Translations under genes and position numbers: made by a program
From: Podarcis muralis
Lineage: Eukaryota
DNA: 64,000 nt
Assembly: GCF_964188315.1 (NCBI RefSeq)
Contig: NC_135667.1
Coordinates: 12,772,001-12,836,000 of the forward strand
Reading direction: 5' to 3'
Shown here: positions 1 through 13,544 of the stretch, in pieces
Layout of the letters: each line of letters opens with the position of its first letter
How positions within the stretch are numbered: the stretch's first letter is position 1
The notes under the pieces: model-generated
The model's database searches: none
Told to the model about the DNA's origin: nothing
What the model saw: the letters and a program-made list of their open reading frames with translations, nothing else

Positions 1-234
1 TCGAGGTTCTACTGAGGATGCTGGCTCTTCCCTCTTGTTTCTCAGCCCTGTTTTGGTTGCAGCCCATTTGGTGCCAATATCAGTATTACTGTAGATGGCA
101 CTTTAGATGTAACACCCATGATTTTCTATTGTGCAAAGTGAAAGGAACCAGCTGGACATCTCATGAGTAGCCTGTGAAATTTGATGCCCCAGCACATTGT
201 GATACTCAGTAAGAATAAATTACAGAAATAAATG

Positions 235-438
235 TTACAGATAGGTAGCCGTGTTGGTCTGCCATAGTCAAAACAAAAAAAATTCCTTCCAGTAGCACCT
301 TAAAGACCAACTAAGTTAGTTCTTGGTATGAGCTTTCGTGTGCATGCATGAAGTGTGCATGCACACGAAAGCTCATACCAAGAACTAACTTAGTTGGTCT
401 TTAAGGTGCTACTGGAAGGAATTTTTTTTTTGTTTTGA
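235..438. mobile_element. Inverted pair of Penelope-like pseudo-LTR fragments forming a long hairpin
   Basis: Arms 268-348 and 356-438 are reverse complements apart from poly-A length (8 vs 10). The centre holds GTGTGCATGCACAC-GAAAGCTCA, the 3' half of a minimal hammerhead motif. The same family recurs at 26141-26220. Assignment to PLE is from recognition of the family. Confidence 0.7.
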
Positions 439-1290
439 GAAATAAATGTGTGAACACACAAAGATATCTCAATGCCTCCTGTGCATGATAGTGTGTTCAG
501 AAGCAGAGGAAATAACTGACAGAATTATAAACAGTCAGATGACACTATCATGCCCTATTTTGAGATTCCCTTCCAAAGAACATCTGGCACTGTCTGAAGA
601 CAGAGTGCTCAGCTAGATGGCCTAGGCTGCATCCACACATTGTTTATGTAACTGTTAATTTCCACACTATATTTGATCTTTCACACAACAACTTCCAGAA
701 CTAGAGTGGAATATAACGTAGCTTTAGTGCTAATTTCCATGTTATTTGCTGCCAGAAAAATCATTTGCAAATATTATGGAAATGGGGCTAAACTTACACT
801 CTTTTCCTCCTTAGTTCTTAAAAGAGCCAATGTAATTTGAAAATGGATGGTCAGGAAATAGTGGGAAAATGGAATGAACTGTAATGTGTATATGAGCCAC
901 AGTCTGATCTGGAGGGGTAGTTCTGATTGCTCAACTTCTTATATCCTCCCTTAGAAAGGAACACCACTTCCCTAACCTCCGTATTCTAACAACATGCTGG
1001 GATGGATTCATTCCAAATCAGGCTGCGGTAATCTAGCTGAGTGTTCTGTCTTCTGACGGATGCCCATGAGAAACACACAAAAAGAATTTGAGAGGAGCCA
1101 TTTTCCACTTTTGTTCTCCAGCATAGAGAGGCATGCCAGCTCTGATCCTGGAGGTACTATACATAGTCTCCAGTTGCTTTGGATGGATAATTACAATGAT
1201 GACCAGTCTCTATGCTACCCCTATGTCCAGAAGCAATCTAGCCACCAGAAGGCATGTGGAGCGCTGGAGATAGAGAAGGGGAGAGAGCAG

Positions 1291-1811
1291 ATCATAGAAT
1301 CATAGAATCATAGAATCATAGAATCATAGAGTTGGAAGAGACCACAAGGGCCATCGAGTCCAACCCCCTGCCAAGCAGGAAACACCATCAGAGCACTCCT
1401 GACATATGGTTGTCAAGCCTCTGCTTAAAGACCTCCAAAGAAGGAGACTCCACCACACTCCTTGGCAGCAAATTCCACTGTCGAACAGCTCTTACTGTCA
1501 GGAAGTTCTTCCTAATGTTTAGGCGGAATCTTCTTTCTTGTAGTTTGGATCCATTGCTCCGTATCCGCTTCTCTGGAGCAGCAGAAAACAACCTTTCTCC
1601 CTCCTCTATGTGACATCCTTTTATATATTTGAACATGGCTATCATATCACCCCTTAACCTCCTCTTCTCCAGGCTAAACATGCCCAGCTCCCTTAGCCGT
1701 TCCTCATGAGGCATCGTTTCCAGGCCTTTGACCATTTTGGTTGCCCTCCTCTGGACACATTCCAGTTTGTCAGTGTCCTTCTTGAACTGTGGTGCCCAGA
1801 ACTGGACACAG
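1291..1811 (-). mobile_element. CR1 LINE, 5'-truncated 3' end
   Basis: ORF 1388-1735 is a CR1 ORF2 C-terminus ([22 protein letters not shown]...[14 protein letters not shown]). It ends in the CR1-type (ATTCTATG)n tail, seen as ATCATAGA repeats on +. Possible short TSD CAGATCA. Confidence 0.93.
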
Positions 1812-3326
1812 ATCAGCAGATAGAAACTGCTGGACAGCTCCTTGGAGGAGTCTGCAAAATTTCATTCATCCCAGAGCCTTCACCTGCCCTTTGGAAAAAT
1901 CTAATACACCCTCAACTATTTTTTCACTCACCTGCAAACCCCAGCAGATATTTCTTAAGGTTTTCTGCAGCAACTTCTGTTCAGCTCAGCATCAGTTTGG
2001 AGCTGTTTGGTTGAGTTCCATCTGCTGGCTGTGTGTGTTGCGAGGATGAGATCTACCTAAAAAGCAGGATGATCAGTAAATCAAGAGTAAATAGATAGAG
2101 AGAGTGTGGAAGTAATTAATTGCTCATTTCCTCTCCAATGGGGATTGCATTTGCTGGTGCCTTATCTGGTCCCGGGGAGCTAGTTTAAAAAGTAAAACTT
2201 TGTGAAGCAAGTGTTACAGAGCTGTCCTCAAGGGTACATTCTGTGTTAGTTTGACTTCTAATTTGGTTTCCTGGGTAAATGACACAGGATCAAGAAAGAT
2301 GGGGAAAACTGGAGTGTGGTTTTACTACTTCAATCAATGGAATATTATCCAGATTAGGGCTTGGCTATATCTGATTTTCAACATCACAATATATCACCAG
2401 CTAAATGTCATGATATCTTGATATACCACAATACATATCTGTGGTGATAGAGGGTGTGCCATGCTTTGGTGCAGCAGCAGAGGGCCTTGCCTCACCTCCC
2501 CATGGCAGCAGGGGGCCCCACTGTACCTCCCCATGGCAGCAGAGGTGCGCTGTGCTTCCCTGCAGCAGCCAAGAGCCTTGACGAGGCTCCCTGCAGTGGT
2601 GGAAGGTCTTAAAATGTAATGAAAATTTAATAAAAATATTAAATAAATTTCCATATATTATATTTAATATATTTTCAACTAATTTAAGAGTAGTTTAAGT
2701 GATTTACTAGTCAAGCTGCATCTGTTTCCCCACTCAGAGGTCTAAGTAGAATCTGTGCATGCAAAAGCACCACTGAGTTCAACTAAACTTACTTTCCTGA
2801 ATTAAGTAGGGCTTGCTTGGGAGTAGACATACTTTTGCTTTCACTGCTTACTGAAAAACACCCTCCCCATCATTCTCACAGAATACACAACCTCCCAATT
2901 CAGCATAAGGCCACCAGCTAAATCTCCTTCCATCCATCCCCACCCCCAGAAGTCCCCCCCAACCCACATCCCACCAATCTTTCCTTTTTTATCAAAGGGA
3001 GGGAGGGCAAGCAAGCAAAAAGATAGTTTCCAATCAATCAATCAATCAATCCCCTTCCTTTTTACTATGGAGGAAAGCTATTTAGGGGGCACCAACAACA
3101 TAAACACCACCAGAAAATAAAAATACAAACCCGTCCCTCTCTTTTTTTCACCGGTGAGGGAAGAAATAAATGCTTTCCACTTCTTTGTTCACTTTGCCTC
3201 TTTAATTGTCTAGCTGTGGGAGGGGGGGTTTCATCTCCTGGATTGTTAGCAGCATTCATTTATACTCCTTAATCTGAAGAGATAAGAGTTTCTTCAAAGT
3301 GGAAAAGAAAGTGGTGAAACATAACC

Positions 3327-3449
3327 TAAGGTTACCAGACGTCCCCATTTCCCGGGGACAGTCCCTGGATTTGCAAATCAGCCCCCATACAAAATCCATT
3401 GAAGTTGAAAAGTGTCCCCGGATTCATTGAAAAAAATCTGGTAACCTTA
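3327..3449. mobile_element. hAT-type MITE, 123 bp
   Basis: Terminal inverted repeats TAAGGTTACCAGA...TCTGGTAACCTTA, with an 8-bp TSD ACATAACC at 3319-3326 and 3450-3457. Empty paralogous site near 53611. Confidence 0.88.
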
Positions 3450-3572
3450 ACATAACCCTTAGTTACGGAAGCCCCTATGGTGTGAACCACTCCTGCGAAA
3501 CTCTACAGGATCACTAGAGGGGGCCCCTCTTCCTGCCCATTGCCACCAAGGGTCCAGCCCAATGCCCCTTCT

Positions 3573-3704
3573 CAGTGCTATTTTTCTAGAAAAAGAGATG
3601 CCGGAACTCAGCATGAACGCCTCCCTTGTTCTCTTATAATGGCAATGGCGCCCACACGAAAGCTTCCTGAACTGAGTTCTGGTGAGTTCTAGTGAAAAAA
3701 CACC
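3573..3704. mobile_element. Old short interspersed element (putative DNA-transposon MITE) shared by paralogous spacers
   Basis: CAGTGCTATTTTT...GAAAAAA-type ends. A homologous copy sits at the same position in the C/D spacer (about 42422-42517), so it predates that duplication. Confidence 0.4.
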
Positions 3705-5046
3705 AAGCCTCTTCTGTCACTTACATTGGTATCCTGCCAACTTACAACCAAACCAACCACATTAGCAACCAAGACATGAGGCCATTATGAGTGCCTGCCA
3801 TCCTAAGTCATTGCTGGTTGCAATTATATGTGTAGGCGGGGAGCATTTTATGTGCTCCTGATGGACCCATGACTGATGATGAACGCATCAATTTGTGGCC
3901 CAGGAAGGGGGTGGAACAGAGGCGGAACAGGCTTATGTGAGACCACTTATTTGTGTAATGACTCGCAACACAAACTCCACACAAACGGAGAGTTGCTGGC
4001 ACTCCATCTGGCCTGTACACATTTTTTATTTCACAGCTGAAAAAAGGAGATGCTACAACTTTTTCCTCCACCACCAACAACTGAGAGATGGAGGGTTTAA
4101 TCTTGCTGGGTGCTTCTATCAAACACAAAAGTTTGAGAATCCCAATAACACAGAATCATTTATCTGGGCTCTGACTACAGAGAGGCAAGCAATCCGAAGA
4201 TTCAAACAACCAACGGCAAGAATGTTTTGAAGCCACTTGGCACTGGAAAAAAATATTTACCCCAAAATATCCCAATCTCCTCTCCTTCCTCGTGAAATTC
4301 TTCAGGTTTAATTTTTGTTTCTTCTCTTTTGATGTTTATTTGCATTTGGAGCATATTGCCAAAAAGCAGATATCATTATTGGACTAAAAACCAGTGAAAT
4401 CCAGCCAAACCCAAAAGGATTGGGATCTGAAATAACTACATTTTGAGTGTTTGGCATATTTCTTTCCCTTTAAATTAGCTCGTAATTTATTTGGCTCTTT
4501 CCCTTTTTTCTCCCCTCCCTTCCTCATTAAGTTTTTCTTAATGTTATATTTAATGAATGCAACCTTTCTCTCAATTTAAAGTGACGTCTTGAGTCCTCCT
4601 TGGTGTGGCTGTGATGGCAAAACATTTTTACTCAGATTAATTGTCAGATTTACAGTTTGGAAGAAAGCAAGGGGAAAGAAAAAAGATAGGGCAGGTCCTT
4701 CATAAACCTTTTAGTCCTCAGTGCTTATATTTTGTGACTGTTTTTATGTCCAGTTTTTAAAGGATTTCTACAGACCTATCCTATGAAATTTCCACTAGAG
4801 TGGAGCAGGACGTACATTAACATAGCCAAATGCAGAAAAATAAGATGGGATTAGAAAGGGTGAAATTGTTTATCTGTAGTGTGAAAAAGTTGTGAGAAAC
4901 AGCATCAGAACAGAATAGTACAGTGCCGAGGCCTAAGAATAAGAGATACAGAGTTGAAACTGAGCAGAGGAAAAGATGCAGTAGATCTGGGATTGCTGAA
5001 TATGGGGGACTCAGTGTGTTGAAACAGGGCAAGTAGTGGAGATTTT

Positions 5047-5124
5047 TGAAGACAGGAGTGCCTGGCGTGCTCTGGTCCATGGGGTCACGAAGAGTTGGAC
5101 ACGACTGAACGACTAAACAACAAC
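5047..5124 (+). mobile_element. RTE-BovB LINE 3' tip, 78 bp
   Basis: GGGGTCACGAAGAGTTGGACACGACTGAACGACTAAACAACAAC tail, with a 12-bp TSD AGTGGAGATTTT at 5035-5046 and 5125-5136. Empty site near 18667. Confidence 0.88.
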
Positions 5125-5486
5125 AGTGGAGATTTTCAGGCAATAGTAATGAGAAATGGACATCTGCACAGCCTATGTGATCTGGGGTGCAATTTTGGAC
5201 CCTGGATTGGGCCAGCTGAGGGAAAAACAGGCATGCCCTATATGCATCCTCAGAGCAAATTGGGGGCAGGACTAATATTTAAATGTTGTTTTAAAAATGC
5301 TGATAAAGGTTGGAGGCAGGCAAGGGAAGGAGATACACCATCTCCTTCCCACATTCCGACTGACAGCAGAGGATGGTTAAATCCAGATGGTTGGTAGCCT
5401 ACAGAGGATTCTGGGTGCTTCTTTTCAGGTATACATACAAATTGCTCTTCTAGATATTGTAACCAGTGACACAGAATTTGATTTCT

Positions 5487-6774
5487 TTAGCATTTTCTTC
5501 TTATTAGGTGATCCCTATTGTTCAGCTCAGGTCTCAGCAAAATAATGTAACATTTTGGAGAAAAGATGCAACCCAACAACCCACCACTGGAGGCTAAGAT
5601 AGAGAAGATCTCCACAGCCACCATGTATTTCCCCTTTGTGCTCATGTAGGAAGGAACAAAGGATAACCAAACACTGCAAAAGACCAACATGCTGAAAGTG
5701 ATGAACTTGGCTTCGTTGAAACTGTCAGGTAATTTCCGGGCAAGGAAAGCCACAGTGAAACTGACCAGAGCTAGGAAGCCCATGTAGCCCAAGACACAGT
5801 AAAAGAAGGTCACAGTCCCCTCATTGCACTCCAGTACAATTTCTTCAGTCACTGACTTCATGTCAGCATTAGGGAATGGAGGAGAGATCACCAGCCATAC
5901 AGTGCAGATGAGTGCTTGCATAAGGGAGCAGGAGAGGACAATAGAGTTTGCCAGTCCTTTCCCCACCCACTTCCTCATCTGGGATCCTGGTTTTGTGGCC
6001 ATGAAAGCCAGAACCACAGTGATGGTTTTGGCCAGCACACAAGAAACAGCCACTGAGAAGATGATGCCAAAAGCAGTTTGTCGGAGGTGACACGTCACCT
6101 TGTCAGGATATCCGATGAACAGTAATGAGGAAAGGAAGGAAAGCAAGAGGGAGATGAGCAGAGCGTAGGTGAGGTCCCGGTTGTTGGCTTTCACAACAGG
6201 AGTGTCCCTGTGCTTCACAAATATTTCCAGTACCAGTGCTGTAATGAAAGCAAAGGAAAGAGCAGAACAGGCTAAGCTGAGGCCCAGAGGTTCTTCAAAG
6301 GACAAGAAGGTTGTACTCTTAGGAATACATATATTCTTATCTTTGTTTGGATACTTTTCGTCTTCACATTCATAGCAGTCATTCATGTCTGAGAAAGAAA
6401 AACATAGTTCTTAATCTCAAAAATATGACCAACATGTGCTTCTTCTTCTTCTTCTTCTTTTTTTTCATTTCAACATTTGGACCATTTTTTTTAAACAATT
6501 AAAGTATAATCTTTTGAATCCATTATTAAAATGATTTAAAAAGGGATTTAAAAAGGGTCCAAGGCTTACACCAGTTTAAGAAGCATCACATTCACCTCCG
6601 CCTGCTTAATCTTTGTTTATTATATCATATCAAGCAGATATGATGGCATATTTCCAGCTCTTATAGAAACCTCCTGGCTCATCTGAAAATCCACTTTATC
6701 CTAATCCTGTTCAATGTGGTGGATCTTGCTATAGGATTCTTCCTTAATAACAACATTCAACATCCACAATCACA

Positions 6775-6843
<69 letters not shown>

Positions 6844-9800
6844 ACTTTCATTATGTCCCTCTTCAGCAAAGTTTCTCAATATTTCCTGAACTGTCAAAGG
6901 AATCTTGGTGAATGCATGACTTTATATGCATGTTCTCGATTAGAGGCAACAGGCTTTAAATATATACATTCAATTTCTTACCCTCCTGATCTGAAATCTT
7001 CCCTTCTGGACATGGGATGCAATCGTAGCAGCAAAATGCTTCCCCCTCCTTTACTTTCCTGTAAAAACCAGGGCGGCAGCTCTCAGTGCATACAGAGTCA
7101 GGCATTGTCTAATACACAAATGAAAGAAAGAGATGTATTAAAAAAGTGGACTCAAAGTCCACTCAAATTTGAGCTCTCCATTAAAAGGAACTTGCAAAAG
7201 AACAACAGCGATTCACCTAATAAGTTGTTTCCATTCCATTATGACTCATTTTCTGACATTTCGCATTGACTCAATGTGGAAACTCTAATAAATTGTTATT
7301 TTTGCCGTTACTGTTGTGGATAGTAAGATTTTTAATATCCTGTATAGTCAGGGCTCGGACTAGGTATGCACACTTCTTTCTGTCAGAGTGACATTAAGGG
7401 GTTGTGGTGGTGTTCCTTAATGCAAATTAAGCCTCTAAGTTATACACCTGCTATTTTAAAACCTTGAAGCACGCCATGTTTCATCTACCTTGTGAGGTCA
7501 TTTATAAAAGGAGCTACAGTTTAGAAAGTGCTGAACATTGACATATGGATCCTTTTTTAAAACTGAAATACATGCCAGCCATAGATAGGTTTCTTTCTAA
7601 TTTTGGTGAAAAGCACTGATGTACTTTAATCAGGCTTGTCAACAATGACACACTTTCAATGGCTGACAAGCGTCAAAGTGGTTAAAACATGATTAATATT
7701 TCACTTTTAAAATAATTTTTATTTATGAATTTTGAAAAATGAAAAATTGAACAGCATGGTTAATGTTTTCCTTGCCCATTAAAGCATATGGGAACTAGAA
7801 GAAACATGTTATTGTTTATCTTAATTCAAATCTATTGTAAAAAAATATTTTGTTTAAAGTTCAGCCCGTGCGGTTTGATCCAATGTGTTTTTTTGTGAAA
7901 TCTGTTTTATAGCATCCTACATCCTCGCCTTGGGCCTTTTTGCAGAGCCACAATAGAGAACCCATTGGGTGTAATTTCAATTTACATTGTTATATGCCAA
8001 CACCAGTCTCCAAGTAGTGATTTTCTTTTAATGATTGCCGGAGACCACAGTCTTGAGTATATATGACTTTATTTAAACATTTAAACATATGGCTATATTT
8101 AAAATAGTTCTGCAAGCTTCCCTTTCTGTGTTCTCCCCTCACTGATGCAGAATCCTATGACTGGAAGGGGAACCAGGGTTTCATCCAGACTGATATTCCA
8201 AACTCATAACAGTATATTCAATACCATTAAAATCTATTTAGAATTCACTTCTTCAAGTTGTCAATTTATATAGTCACTTTCAGTGAAACAAGAACCACTA
8301 TACAGGCTGTGCATTCAGCTTCTAACATTAATTCATAGCTTATGTTACCTTTAATCCATTTTTTAAAAGGCTGAACACCGCACAATGAAAATATGTTTGT
8401 ATGTTATGTTCACAAATGGCTGATGTTCACATCCTACCTGGTTAAACCAATGGTGCCATTTTATGGCTCCCTCATTGATGGTCAGCGCTTGCTGTGGAGG
8501 AGCCAGGGAATCCACCCCTCCTACCTTCACTCTCTGAAAGGATTGGTTGGAGGAAATGATCCAATTGGTAATATCAAATCCAGCCAATATCTCCCCATTC
8601 TGGTCCAAGGAAATCTTATCCCCAGCGCTGTTGTTAAATGAGATACCCCTGAGAAAATGGTGGAGCTAGATTAAAAAGAAAGAGAAAGTATAGAAAAGGC
8701 TTCAATTCAACAAAAGATGATAACGATGTTCACTTTCGTGTCAGGATTCCAAATATAAACCTTGAAGGAAAGCAGTTTTCTTTTCACATTTTTTTAATGT
8801 GTGTGTGTGTGTGTGTGTGTGTATGATTTAGGGACGTGGGTGGCACTGTGGGTTAAACCACAGAGCCTAGGGCTTGCCTATCAGAAGTTCGGTGGTTCAA
8901 ATCCCCCGACGGGGTGAGCTCCTGTTGCTCAGTCCCTGCTCCTGCCAACCTAGCAGTTTGAAAGCACATCAAAGTGCAAGTAGATAAATAGGTACCTCTC
9001 CAGGTTATATCACTTTGCTCTCTATAGACTCTATATGCTTTGGTATGTGATATATTATTCCCTTTATATGCCAACTTCAGAGGTAAATGGGTTGGTATGA
9101 ATAGTTGAAGGAATGGTGATAAAGGCAAAGTCTAGAAGTTGGCTAAATCATGTTTGGATGGAATTCATTTTCTTTTGTTCTCTTTCAGTATTTCTACTTT
9201 AAGTTCCAACAGTTTAAAAGAAGACATTTAAAAGGTTTAAAATTAGAAGTAAAATGCAAGGAGATTAAAATACGAGAACACTCACGTGCCTTGGGTAAAC
9301 AAAAATATTTTAAGCAGGTGCCTAAATGAATACAGTGAAGGTGTCTGTCTGATGTCAACAGGTAGGGAAGTCTAGAAGGTTGAAACAGAAGCTAGAAAAG
9401 CAAGTGGAGAAGTACCCATTTGGCTCTATTTGCATTTCAAGAGACATAAAGCAACTATCTCATGGCCAAAGGGCAGTGAATGGAAGAAGTGGTTTGGCGG
9501 CACCTGGGGAAGATTTCAAGAGCATTGTTGCACCGACATGGGTGACCCCTGCTGTGGTTGCTTAGGAAAAATGACAATTAGCAAAGGTATAAAACCAAAG
9601 GCTTTTGAACCTCTTTCAGGAAGGATGTTCATCCCAGTACCTGCCACAGTGGTTGATTCTGATACTTCACTCCTCCCCTGATCATTACTGGTCTGTGTTT
9701 GCCTCGGGATGTAGACATGGCATGTAATGCATGGGCCACAGCATAGACAGCATTGTAGATGTTGTAGCTGTGGCTGGTCATGCTCATTTCAAAGAAAGGA

Positions 9801-12296
9801 CCAGGAAGATTCTCCAGCTTCTCTTGCCCAGTGCAAATATGACCCTTCACACTGCCAACCACTCGATTCGGAAATACACAGCCAAATGCCTGTTGCCAGA
9901 AGTCCAAAATGAAGCCATCACCATTTGGGCTGGAAGGGTTTTTGCTCTGGACAAATTGATGAAATCCTGGTGGGTCATTTGAGTGAGTTGTGAATGAGAG
10001 AACCCCATGGAGTATTTCTGTATCCCAAGTCTGTTGATAAACAAAAGAAGTGAGCTCCAACTGGGCTGTCATAATCCACACTTTACCTTTTGATGTATTT
10101 GAACTTTGTTCCAGTTCTGATAGGTAAGGCAACCATCGAAAAAATGCCAGAGCATATGATATTCCATAAAACAAGACTACATTGGCTTTGCTATCATTTA
10201 TTCTGTCATGTATTTTTGCCCCCAGTTTAAACATATCATTAATTTCAGTGACATAAGTAAATTTGTGACTTCTTTCTATGAAGGCGAAACAGATGCCACT
10301 CTGGGAAAATAGGGGAACCACAGTTTGCACAAATCTTTCTGCATTCTCGTCATAGAAAGTCAGGATCCCAATCCATATCCACTGGAAATGCAGAAGCAAA
10401 GAGAGGATCCCCTTGTACTGCCGGGTTTCCTTGGGCATCATCTGGTAGAAGAAAAGGCCTGGGGTTTTATCATTCATAACTGGAGCAGGGCCATATATCA
10501 GCTAAACGTAGTTGTGGTAGGAGGAGAAAGAGACAGAAGCAACAATGACTTTTAATTATTAGATTTGTGTATTACAAGCATCACTGGGGCAATTTCCATT
10601 TGGACCTTTCAATCCTTGCCACTTGGCCTGTGCATGCTATTTTTGCTAAGCCAAGTGATTCTCACCTGCCAATCAGCTGTTATCATATACAGTGGTACCT
10701 CAGGGTTAAGAACTTAATTCGTTCTTGAGGTCCGTTCTTAACCTGAAACTGTTCTTAACCTTAGGTACCACTTTAGCTAATGCGGCCACCCGCTGCCACC
10801 GTTCCACCGCCGCACAATTTCTGTACTCATCCTGAAGAAAGTTATTTACCCAAGCTACTATTTCTGGTTTAGCAGAGTCTGTAACCTGAAGCATCTGTAA
10901 CCTGAAGCGTCTGTAACCCGAGGTCCCACTGTATCAGGAACTAGCTAGGCCAAAAGGGACACCTGAAGCAATAACTTATGTGCTAACCATACTTTATTTC
11001 TTAGCTTTGATCTGCCATTAGCAGATTATTTGAAATGTGCACATTTTATTATCCAAATCTATCTGGATGTGCCTAGTTTCCATGACACATCATAGTGATA
11101 TATATCTCACCTGTGGAACCTTATAGATATCCAAGTTCGTTGCCACATGAAGAGAAGTTTGGGAGTCCAGTCCCCCAATAATGGCTATCAAGTTTTTCTT
11201 GAAATCACAGATGTAGTTGGGGACAAATGTTTCCAGTGTGGATATGAGTAACATTGTGGCATGAGAGGTCCATTTGGCATTGAAATAGCTGTCATAGATG
11301 CGGAAGCCTAAAGTGACATTGGGTAAGAGCTGAGGGTTTTCGTTGATCTCCTTCACTGCAAATTCCAAAGCCAGGATGTGCTGGTAATTCTTTGGTACCA
11401 CACTAAAAGAGTTTCATTTTCCATCAGAAGGGCATGTAACACTTTCTAAATTTATCATAACTCAGTTCTTCATCATCCTCATTAGTATTGTTTATTACTG
11501 TGTTCATTTAATTATTACTTCTTTTTTTCAGGGGAGGAAACTCTTGAACAGTGATCACTACACATGAACCTCCTCCTTGCCTACAAGGTTGAAAGTGAAG
11601 AAGGGGAAAATTCTATGGGAGGGGAGTGCAGACTTTAAAATATCCGTGATGTACATTTTTAATGCTGGCTTCATAATCTGTGTAGAAATCCTGTACTTAT
11701 TTCACTCTCCTGGGGCCCTTAGGAAATACTGATGCAGATATTTCCACAACAATGTTACATGTCTTCATATGATACCTGAATATTTAATTCAATTGGGAAA
11801 GTGGCAACATTTCCTTCAAACTAGAGGAGATCCTCCTGACCACATTTCTTCTACCTCACATCTCCTTCGACCCAAACAGTAGTTCTGCCTCTAGGACAAT
11901 TTGGAGAACTGTGGCCCTCCAGATGCTGTTGTCCAACAATTTCCATTATTATTGATGCAACTGATGGACTCCAACAACCACTGCAGGGCCACAGCTTTGC
12001 CACCCTTCCTCTAAATCTGATCACTCCAGTGTCCAAAGAAGGAATCAAAGTGCAGAAATGAAATTATCCAGGTCTTACTTTAGCTCTTCAAGCAATGTTG
12101 GTAGGGGTTTTTCGGTGAAGGCTATTGAAACGGAGATGATGATGCTATGAGAGGCTATGCCACCAATGATGAGGTCTCCTTCCTGATGATATTGATGAAG
12201 TGGAGTGTATGGATCATGGACATGACATTTAACAATGGGAGATTTGCTTATTGCATGAGGAAGTAGAGTCAGCAGCAAGAAGAACAATGCCACCAT
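5487..12296 (-). CDS. Vmn2r: V2R vomeronasal type-2 receptor, copy A (6 exons, 875 aa, apparently intact)
   Basis: Exons 12296-12079, 11402-11111, 10501-9641, 8665-8438, 7108-6982 and 6388-5487. All junctions are GT-AG and phase-compatible; total 2628 nt. Signal peptide MVALFFLLL, Venus-flytrap exons, Cys-rich domain ([14 protein letters not shown]) and 7TM with [16 protein letters not shown]. The symbol is family-level only. Confidence 0.95.
6778..6845. repeat. (CT)n(CA)n compound microsatellite
   Basis: Read directly; a shorter paralogous copy lies at about 36143-36185. Confidence 0.95.
8831..8997 (+). mobile_element. Sauria-type tRNA-derived SINE, 5' half only, in gene A intron 3
   Basis: Starts GGGACGTGGGTGGCACTGTGG and aligns to the full copy at 47575-47935 up to ATAAATAGGTACC. 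The 3' half and adjoining intron sequence are missing relative to paralogues. Confidence 0.85.
10690..10931. mobile_element. Tc1/mariner-pogo (Tigger-like) MITE, 242 bp, in gene A intron 2
   Basis: TIRs CAGTGGTACCTC...GAGGTCCCACTG with a TA TSD. Empty site in B, D and E (GTTATCATATATCAGG-like). Confidence 0.9.
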
Positions 12297-12497
12297 CTTT
12301 TGTATAATTTTTCCATACATACTAAGGTTCCTCTAACACTATTACAGCTTTTGAAACTGAAGTAGTCTAACTTGTTGGCCTTTTAGTCTGCTGATAGGTA
12401 TGAAATCCTGACTATGAAAACTGGGGGGGGAATAGAGATGGTGCTGATGGATCCTTGCTGGTTTCTGGTTCCCACATCTAGCTGTGATTACTGGAGG

Positions 12498-12500
<3 letters not shown>

Positions 12501-12550
<50 letters not shown>
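12501..12550. repeat. (CT)n microsatellite upstream of gene A
   Basis: Read directly; absent at the paralogous position in B, C and D. Confidence 0.95.
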
Positions 12551-12556
<6 letters not shown>

Positions 12557-13457
12557 CTCCAACCTAGTATCCCTCAGATGTTTTGGGCTACAATTCACAG
12601 CATTTAAAACAGGTGATGGGGTTGTGATCCAGAATAGTCCAAGGGCATCAGTCTTTTAAAGGCTAAATTATAGTACCTTTCACAGACTTTTTCATTTGTT
12701 GTGATAGTGTACTGTGCAATTCCAGGAAATGATTTGACAAGTAGGAACATTAATTATAGTTCTTTTGATAATTAATGGGAAGATAGTCACTTGTGTTTCT
12801 TTTTTAAAAAACAACAACACTTCATGAGATTTTGATTTACAATGATATACAATCAGAAAAAAACCCCCACTGGAAATACAACCCTTTGGTCTCTTAGGGA
12901 TGAAATGAACATGCTTGATCATAGCACTAGCCTCTTGAAATTCTGACCTGGAAAGAAGAAAAGTACGGAGATTTGGAGTCTTCCACTACTTACATTGCAT
13001 TCAAAGTTCACATGAAAGTACAATAGCATTAGTTGGTGTCCTTGTCTTGCTAATGGATGGGGGGAAAGCACCAGCTTTTTTGCTGGAGAAACTAAAATGA
13101 GACATGGGTAATGTCTCTGCCAACACGGAAACACATTTCTAATTTGTTGGCAGGGCTCAATATTACCTATTGCTGTTCTTGCATCTCCCTTTCCTTGTCT
13201 CATTTTGTCACTACTTTCTTCACCAAAATGTAAAAAGTTGTGCCAGAAATAGGTTATTATATTTCCCCTTCCCTTTCTTTGTGCTTTACAAATAGGAATA
13301 TAATTTAAGGGCAGACATACTTATTCTTGCACTCCACCCCAATCTCTTAAGTGGTTTGTGATTCCTGGTGCTTCAGGTGCTCACCCACACTTTTTGTATC
13401 CTTTTGGAATGCGGCACAGCAGAGATTGTGGCGTTTTTAGAATATATGGTTTATTTA

Positions 13458-13493
<36 letters not shown>

Positions 13494-13544
13494 GGTTTTG
13501 GTGTCCTCGGGTGTCTTCCCGTGTAAAAGTTGGGGTGTCTAGGC

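Noticed and set aside
440-1290. Short ORFs and vaguely repeat-like stretches left of the array (also 1815-2650)
   Set aside because: No domain motifs, convincing splice structure or bounded termini were found.
1291-1330. Short regular repeat array (ATCATAGA)n
   Set aside because: CR1 3' tail with no spacers; not CRISPR-like.
2850-3250. Possible old LINE 3' remnant with (AATC)n
   Set aside because: No recognisable protein motif or TSD, so it cannot be supported without a repeat-library search.
5824-6375. Recurring plus-strand ORFs over V2R exons (MHSSTISS..., MRSRLLAF..., MGHSIDSIV..., and equivalents in every copy)
   Set aside because: Antisense shadows of conserved coding exons. They recur only because the exons are duplicated, and their lengths and stops vary between copies.
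12297-12320. Upstream in-frame ATG in gene A (MYGKIIQK)
   Set aside because: Not conserved in the other copies, where the MVAL start preceding the signal peptide is conserved. It cannot be fully excluded as a minor start.
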